From assembly GCF_009914755.1 (NCBI RefSeq), contig NC_060926.1: DNA of 64,000 nt; one strand, written 5' to 3'. The DNA comes from the human T2T-CHM13v2.0 reference genome, Homo sapiens. The position numbers and the translations under genes were made by a program. Shown one piece after another: positions 55,826-64,000 of this stretch (the first letter of the stretch is position 1; each line of letters starts with the position of its first letter). Below the pieces are notes generated by a model. That model did no database searches. It was not told the DNA's origin and saw only the letters and a program-made list of their open reading frames with translations.

Positions 55826-57862
55826 TAGAAAACACTTTCAAAATACTGAACTCTGGATTGCACAGATGATCATGTAATAACCATGTAATAATTACTAAAT
55901 AATTAATATTTAGAAGAATAAGCTTACTGATTCCATAATAACAAACATCAGATGATCTGCATCATTCTTCCCCCCATTCCTTCATATTTCTCCTGTCTTT
56001 TTTGGTCTCTGTGTGTCACCTATCTCTTGGTTTTTATATTTTTCACTTCTGACCATTTGCATATCTTTTTTGAATATGGATTCATCATGTACTTTTCTGC
56101 CTTTGTGCAGTCCCTAAGTAAGTGTGCTCAGCCTCCCATCAGCATGGTTTCCCTGTTCCCTTGCTTGACTGGCCATGAGTTCGTCAGCATGAGCAAGCTG
56201 TTCTGGGGATCCTGAATCATTAGTAGGAATCCATCTGGCTTCAGTTACTGCTTGGTTTTGAAAAAGTTCTCACAAAAAAATAAAAATAAAAAAATAAAAA
56301 GTACTCATGAAAACTGTCAGGTTTTATAAAAGACAGTGGCATTATTTGGCAAACGTAGTAAAGTACACAAATGATTTTTGGGAGTGCCTTTTCTTGGAAG
56401 TCAAATAATAAGAGAGAACCTAGGTTTGTGGATGACTATCTTTGCCATATATAATGACTACTTATCAATTACAAAGTAATAATCAAAAGGAATCTCATCC
56501 CCTACGAAATGTTTTAGGGCACTAAGTTTATTACAAATGCAGATAAACTAGACATATACAATGAGAACAATGGGCTAATCTAACTATAAATCCCTTTCTT
56601 TAATAGTTTAACTATAAGCCAATATGAAGAGCTGGAAGTTTAAGTTTCTTTGAGTTTTTGAAGTATGAGTTTAAGTCAAGGAAAGAAAAAAATTGAAAAT
56701 ATAAAAAGCATTTAATTTGGAGGGGCAGTAAGAGGTCAGGATCCGGTTGATAGGAACAATTCAATTTGCTGACATTAAACATTCCACCTTAATATGGAAT
56801 TTACCATTGGGGAAATCATCATGATTTAGAGAAAATACAGTTTTTATATAAAAAGCAAAAACCCAAAACAGACATTAAAAAGCATTACAAATGTATTGTT
56901 AAAAATCGGTTTGTATTTATTGATAGTAAAATACATCAGATATGCATAAAGTAAACCATTCATTTTCTTTTCAAATATATGAATTAATCTGGGAGTGGAC
57001 TAACATCTTCACACTATTCAGTCTTTAAACCCATGAACATGTTAAACCACTGTTTTTTAGATCTCTTTTTGTGTCTTTCAGCAAAGTTTTAAGTCTTGCC
57101 ATAGGTTTTATTAAATTAATTCCAAAGTATTTTGTTTTTGATGCTATTATAAATAAAATTGTTTTTAAATGTTATTTTCCAGTTGTTTGCTACATTTGTA
57201 TAGAAACAATTGATATTTTTATATTCACCTTGTGAATTCACCTTACTAAATTCACTTATTGCATTCAACTTTGTATAGTATATTCACCTTGCCAAATTCA
57301 CTTAATTCTAATAATTGGTTCTCAGATTCCTTAAAATTATTGACACAAAATTCATTTTTAAATAAATAAAGACAATTTTAGTTCTTTCTAACCTAACTTT
57401 TATTTCTCTTTCTGGCCTTTTTGCCCTACGTAGGAACTCCACTATATTCAATACAATGATGAATAGAAGTAGGGAGAGTGAACATTCTTGACTTGAACGC
57501 AGTATTATGAGAACTTGCAGTATTTTACCATTATATAAAATACTAGCTGTAGGTTTTTCATTTATCTCCCTTATCAGATTGATGGAATAACTTTTAATTT
57601 TTAGCTTACTGAGAGTTTTATCATGAATGGGTGCTGATTTTTCTCAGATGCTTTTTCTGCATCCATTGAGTTTTTTTTAAGATTCTGTTAATATGGTAAA
57701 TTATGTAGATTTAAATTTTTTATGTTAATTTTTAAATTGACAAATAATAATTGTACATATTTATGGGATACATAGTGATGTCTGATACATATAATGTATG
57801 GTGATGAGCTCAGGATAATTATTAATAGCGTATCCCTCATCTCACACATTTATCATTTCTTT

Positions 57863-58409
57863 TTTTTTGAGATTTTTTAAAATCTTTTTTTTATTATTAT
57901 TATTATACTTTAAGTTTTAGGGTACATGTGCACAATGTGCAGGTTAGTTACATATGTATACATGTGCCATGCTGGTGTGCTGCACCCATTAACTCGTCAT
58001 TTAGCATTAGGTATATCTCCTAATGCTATCCCTCCCCCCTCCCCCCACCCCACAACAGTCCCCAGAGTGTGATGTTCCCCTTCCTGTGTCCACGTGTCAG
58101 GGATCTAGAACGAGAAATACCATTTGACCCAGCCATCCCATTACTGGGTATATACCCAAAGGACTATAAATCATGTTGCCATAAAGACACATGCACACGT
58201 ATGTTTATTGTGGCACTATTCACAATAGCAAAGACTTGGAACCAACCCAAATGTCCAACAATGATAGACTGGATTAAGAAAATGTGGCACATATACACCA
58301 TGGAATACTATGCAGCCATAAAAAATGATGAGTTCATGTCCTTTGTAGGGACATGGATGAAATTGGAAATCATCATTCTCAGTAAACTATCGCAAGAACA
58401 AAAAACCAA
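57863..58409 (-). mobile_element. Young L1PA2/3 insertion, 5'-truncated and 5'-inverted
   Basis: Antisense 3'UTR at 57885-58096 and sense ORF2 C-terminus at 58097-58410 (EIPFDPAIPLLGIYPKDYKS); 17-bp TSD acatttatcatttcttt. Confidence 0.95.
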
Positions 58410-58482
58410 ACATTTATCATTTCTTTATGTTGCAAGCATTCATTACCTTCCTTCTAGCTGTTTGAAACTATACAATATATTG

Positions 58483-58875
<393 letters not shown>

Positions 58876-60413
58876 TAGCTATAATTTTGTATCCTTCAAC
58901 AAATCTCTCTCTATCCCTATCCCTCTTCCCCCTACCCTTCCCAGCCTCTAGTATCTTATGTTCTACTTGTATTTCTATGAGATCAACTTTTTTTTTTTTT
59001 TTTTTTTTTTTTTAGCTTTCACATAGGAGTGAGAACATGTGATGTTTAATTTTCTGTTCCTGGCTTATTTCACTTAATGTCTTCCAGTTCCAGTCACATT
59101 GCCATGAATAGCAGGATTTCATTCTTTTTTATGGCTGAATAGTACTCTGTTGTGTATCTATGCCACATTTTCTTTATCCATTCATCTGTTGTTGGACACC
59201 CAGGTTGATTCCGTATCTTAACTATTGTAAATAGTGTTGCAGTCAACATGGTAGTGCAGACGTCTCTTCAATAATACTGATTTCCTTTTATTTACCTAAA
59301 TGCCAAGTAGTAGGATTGCTGGATTATATGGTAGTTGTATTTGTAGTTTCTTTTCTTTTGGGGAACCTCCATACTGTTCTCCATAGTGGTTGTACTGGTT
59401 TACATTCCCACCAACAGTGTTTAAGAGTTCTCTTTTCTCCACATCCTCATCAGCATTTGTTATTTTTTGTCTTTTTGATAATAGCTATCATCCTAACTGG
59501 GGTGAGATGATTACCTCATTGTGGTTTTGATTTGTATCTCCCTGATGATTAATGATGTTGAGCATGTTTCCATATATTTGTATGACTTTTGGTCATTTGT
59601 ATGTCTTTTGAGAAATGCCTGTTCAGATTATTTGCCCATTTTTAAAATCAGATTGTTGTTGTTGTTGTTGCTGTTGAGATATTTGAGTTCCTTGTATATT
59701 CTGGATATTAATCTCCTGTCAGAAGATTGGTTTTTGAATTTTAAATCAGCCTTACATTCCTCGGATATACCACTTGATAATAGTCTATTCTTAAATATGT
59801 CTGGATTCAATTTGATTTTTTTTGTAAATCTGTACTCATGAGGCTGATTTTCTTTTCCGTTAATATCTTTTCCAGGTTTTAGTATTAGGGTTTTGTTTGC
59901 CTAATAAAACACATTGGGAAATATCCTCTCCTATTTTCCTGAAAGTGTGTAAGATTGCTATTATTACTTCCTTAAATGTTGGATACAACTTACCTGTGAT
60001 GCCATCTGGACCTGGAGTTTTGTTTTGTTTTTAATTACAAATTTATTTAATACATACAGTCTGTTTCTTTCTGTGGTTATTTTAATAAATAAAATAAAAA
60101 AATTAATTTTTTGAGATTTTTCATGTTATCTCAGTTACTGAATTGATTTTTATTACGTTGTTCAGAACACTATATTTGTATGATCTGTGGTGACATCCCT
60201 CATATTTCTAGTATTAGTAATTTGTGTTTTTAACTTTTTCTTGATCAATCTTGCTAAAGTTTTATCAATTTTTTACCTTTCAAAATAAAACAACTTTTAG
60301 CTTTAGTTTTTTTCAGTTGTCCATATTTATTCCATTGATTAGAATATTAAATGTATTATTTTTAGTTTATACCTATGATTTTAAACTTTTTAAAAATATA
60401 TAAGCAGAGTATA

Positions 60414-60744
<331 letters not shown>

Positions 60745-61298
60745 TCAGAGTATAAACGCAACTTCAGAGTCATTCAACAGATTTTGATGTCTTATGTTTA
60801 CTTTATTGCAGTTTCACTTATTTTCTAATTTCCATTGCATTTTCTTCTTTCACTGTAGGTCATTAACAGGTATGTTGTCAAATTTCTACCTATTTAAGAC
60901 TTTTCTGGATATGTTAATGGTTTCTAACTTAATTCCATAGTAGTGAGAGAACATACCCTTTAAGATTTCAATCTTTAGAAACGTGTTATATAAAAAATGG
61001 TTCACCATTTGTTTCATGTTGAGTAATATTTTCATGTGCACTTGAAAATAAATGTACATTTGCCAGTTGTTGGATGTACTGTTCTACGAGTGTTCATTTT
61101 GGACAAGCTAGTCATCACTCTTCTTCAAATCTTCTGTTTCCTTACTGGTTTTTAAAAATCTAGTTGTTTTATCTATTATTGAGAGAGGAATGTTAAAATC
61201 TTCAATGATATGTACAGATTTTTCTATTTCTCTTTTAAGTTCTGTTTATGCTTCATTTATTTTGAAGCTCTGTTATTATTTGCATAACTTATGATTCT

Positions 61299-61425
61299 GG
61301 CCGGGCATGGTGGCTCACATCTATCATCCTAGCACTTTGGGAGGCCACAGGAGGAGGATCACTTAAGCCTGGGAGCTCAAGACCAGCCTGGGCAAGACCC
61401 CATCTCTAAAACAATTAAAAATTTC
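61299..61425 (+). mobile_element. FLAM / left-arm Alu monomer
   Basis: ggccgggcatggtggctcac...gaccagcctgggcaagaccccatctct with an A-rich end; tgattct on both flanks. Confidence 0.88.
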
Positions 61426-62778
61426 TTTAAAATTCTGATTCTGTCTTCCTGATGCATTGGCTTTCTTAAGAAACTTCCCTTTTTATGTTTAGTTACATTC
61501 CTAGTCCTGAAGTCTACTTTCGCTGATATTTATATTGCTTTCTTATGTTTGCTGTTCGTGTAATATATTCTTTTCCATTTTTTAAACTTTCAGTCTATTT
61601 GTATGTTTATATTTAAACTATACCTCTTATTGACAGCATATAGTGTGGGTTTGCTTTTTCCCTAGTTTCCATCTTTTAATTGTAATGTTTAGTTATTTTA
61701 TATTTAATGTAATTAATGTGGTTGGGTTTAAGATACCATTTGCTCCTTGTTCTTCTTTTCCTACTTTCTTGCCTTCTTTCGGGTTAACCAAACATTTTTT
61801 AGTAGAGTGCTAACAATTCCTGTTAACTTTTTAGCTATACTTTCTTATATTTTCAAATTCCTTTATAACCTTTTGAACACTACTCTTTTATAATTTTTAA
61901 GTGGCTGCTCTAGGAATTAAAATATATATCCTTAATTTATAAATTTATTTGTAGTTAACATTGTAATACTTTATGTAAAATTTAAGAGCCTTGCAACAGT
62001 GTAATTGCATTTATACCTTTGTGCTATTATTGTAATATAATTAACATTTAATATATTATAAACTCCACAATATTTTATATATTTTAATATATTTTTGTAT
62101 AATCACTTATCTTTTAAAGAAAATACATACTTCTTTTAAAGAATAAAAAGAATAAATACATCTTTTAAATAATAAAAAATACATAGTCCGTTTTATTTAC
62201 CCTCATATTTATGATTTCTGATGCTTTTGCTTCTGTTTTGTAGATCTGACTTTATCTAGCATCATCTCCCTTTAGCCTGAAAAAGTTCCTTTAGTATTTC
62301 TTATATATTAATCTTAAAACAGATTATGTTTGGTTATATGAAAGTGTTTTTAATTTTGCCTTCAGTTTTTTGAAGGATATTTTTGCTGGATGTAGAATTG
62401 TGGGTTGATAGGGCTCCCCACCCCCCTTCAGCATTTTAATGGAAGAAATTATTCCATTATCTTCTTGCCTCTGTTGTTACCAATGAGAAACCAGTTACCA
62501 TTTATATCTTTGTTTCCTTGTATGTGACGTGCTACCTTGCCCAAGCTAGTTTCAAAATTTTGTCTTAATTTTTTTTTAGCGGTTTGACTGGACTTTGCCA
62601 GAGTTGGTTTCTCTATATTTATTCTGAGTGGGATTTATTGAGACACTGGATCTGACAGTTTATTTTTCACCAAATTTTGGGAATTTTCTATCATTATTTC
62701 CCCATAATACTATTTCTGCCCCAGTGTCTTTCGCCTCTCATCAATTACATGCTTGGTATTGCCAGCAGATTACAGAGG

Positions 62779-62780
62779 GC

Positions 62781-62815
<35 letters not shown>

Positions 62816-62836
62816 CGTATGTGTGTGTGTATGTGT
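62779..62836. repeat. (GT)n/(GC)n alternating purine-pyrimidine tract
   Basis: Read directly; 58 bp. Confidence 0.97.
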
Positions 62837-63367
62837 TTTCCCCAGATTATAGTAGGGGTATGTGTGGTTGTGTGGTTTCTTTTCTCTTTCTTCTTCAGAC
62901 TGGGTATTATTTTCATTTCAAGTTCACTGACTTGTTTTTCTGCTGTCACAAATCTGTTGTTAAGTCTGGCCAGTGAATCTTAGAATTTGCTATTGAAGGA
63001 TCTAGCTCTTGAATTTCCATTTATTTCTTTCTCAGTTTCCATTTGCTGCCAGTATTTCTCATGTGTTTACCCATTATATGTATATAAATATATATATATA
63101 TATTTTTTTAAAAATCTTTAAACATATTTATAATAGCTACTTTCACATCTTTGTTAGGTGTTTCCAACACCTAAATCATCTTGTGGTGTGTTACTGTTGA
63201 CTACCTTTTCTCCTGATCTGGAGTTACATTTTCTACCTTCTTTGCATGTTTAGTAATTTTTTATTGTGTACTGGATATTGTGGATGACATTGTGGATTGT
63301 TATCTCTTTTTGAAGAGTATTGATTTATCTTCTAGTAGACAGCTAAATTACTGGCTGGTAAACATAC

Positions 63368-63925
63368 ACTTAACTATACAACTCAGCAATTACAGTCCTG
63401 GGCATTGAAATGAAAACAAATGCTTTTACAAAAGCCTGTACAGAAATATTCATAGCAGCTTTTATTTGTAATAGCCGAAAACTAAACACAACCCAAATGC
63501 ACTTTAAAGGACAAATGGTGAAAAAAACTGTGGCACAACTGTACCATGGAGCAATAAAAAGGAATGAACTATTGATACGTGCACCAAACTGGATGGATCT
63601 CAAGGGCATTATGCTGAGTGAAAAAAGCCAACTTGAAAAGATTCCATGCTATATGATTCAATTTATGTAGTATTCTCAAAGTGACAAAAATTATAGAAAT
63701 AGGGAACAGATTGCAGTTGTCAAGAGTTAAGGAAAGGGGAAGGTGGATGTGATTATAAACAGCATGAAACAATTCAGCTGTGGTGATGAAGCAGTGAATC
63801 TCAATTGTGGTGTAGTTATATGTATCTGTACATGTGCTAAAATGTCATAGAATTGTAAAAAAGACATACAAAAAATGAGTGCATGCAAAAACTGGCAAAA
63901 TTCAAGTAAGGTCTGTAATCTAGTC
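63368..63925 (+). mobile_element. L1MC/MD-type ORF2 end and 3'UTR
   Basis: ORF 63410-63670 AIKRNELLI...WMDLKGIMLSEKSQ is an L1 ORF2 C-terminal remnant. Confidence 0.85.
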
Positions 63926-64000
63926 TACTCAATTTCCAGCTTTCTTTTAGCTCTGATCTACATTCTTTAATGCCTCAAGCCAATAAGACTGTGGTTTTCT

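Overview
Primate (very likely human) intronic DNA with no protein-coding exon I can support. The only clear host-gene feature is an 85-nt non-coding exon on the + strand (5286-5370). It has strong splice sites, stops in all three frames and a Met-Ser-stop uORF, and about 58.6 kb of intron follows it. From memory this matches a 5'UTR exon of NCOA1; that assignment is unverified. Most of the window is a layered transposon record: about 23 Alu-family elements (roughly 2:1 antisense to the host), L1s of several ages, L2 and MIR relics, MLT LTRs, a near-full-length Tigger1 and several hAT/Charlie MITEs. The ORF track is explained by repeats or chance. I see no convincing new gene system. The most interesting items are: a young 5'-inverted (twin-primed) L1 with a possible short 3' transduction; a fused inverted Alu complex with extra right arms on both sides; a perfect 38-bp duplication across an AluY 5' junction; an old L1 with a clean ORF2 deletion that keeps a consensus CTCF site; and a dense E-box/NF-kB/STAT/ETS motif cluster beside a (TG)n tract. 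Repeat subfamily calls come from recalled consensus sequences, and boundaries of old elements are approximate.
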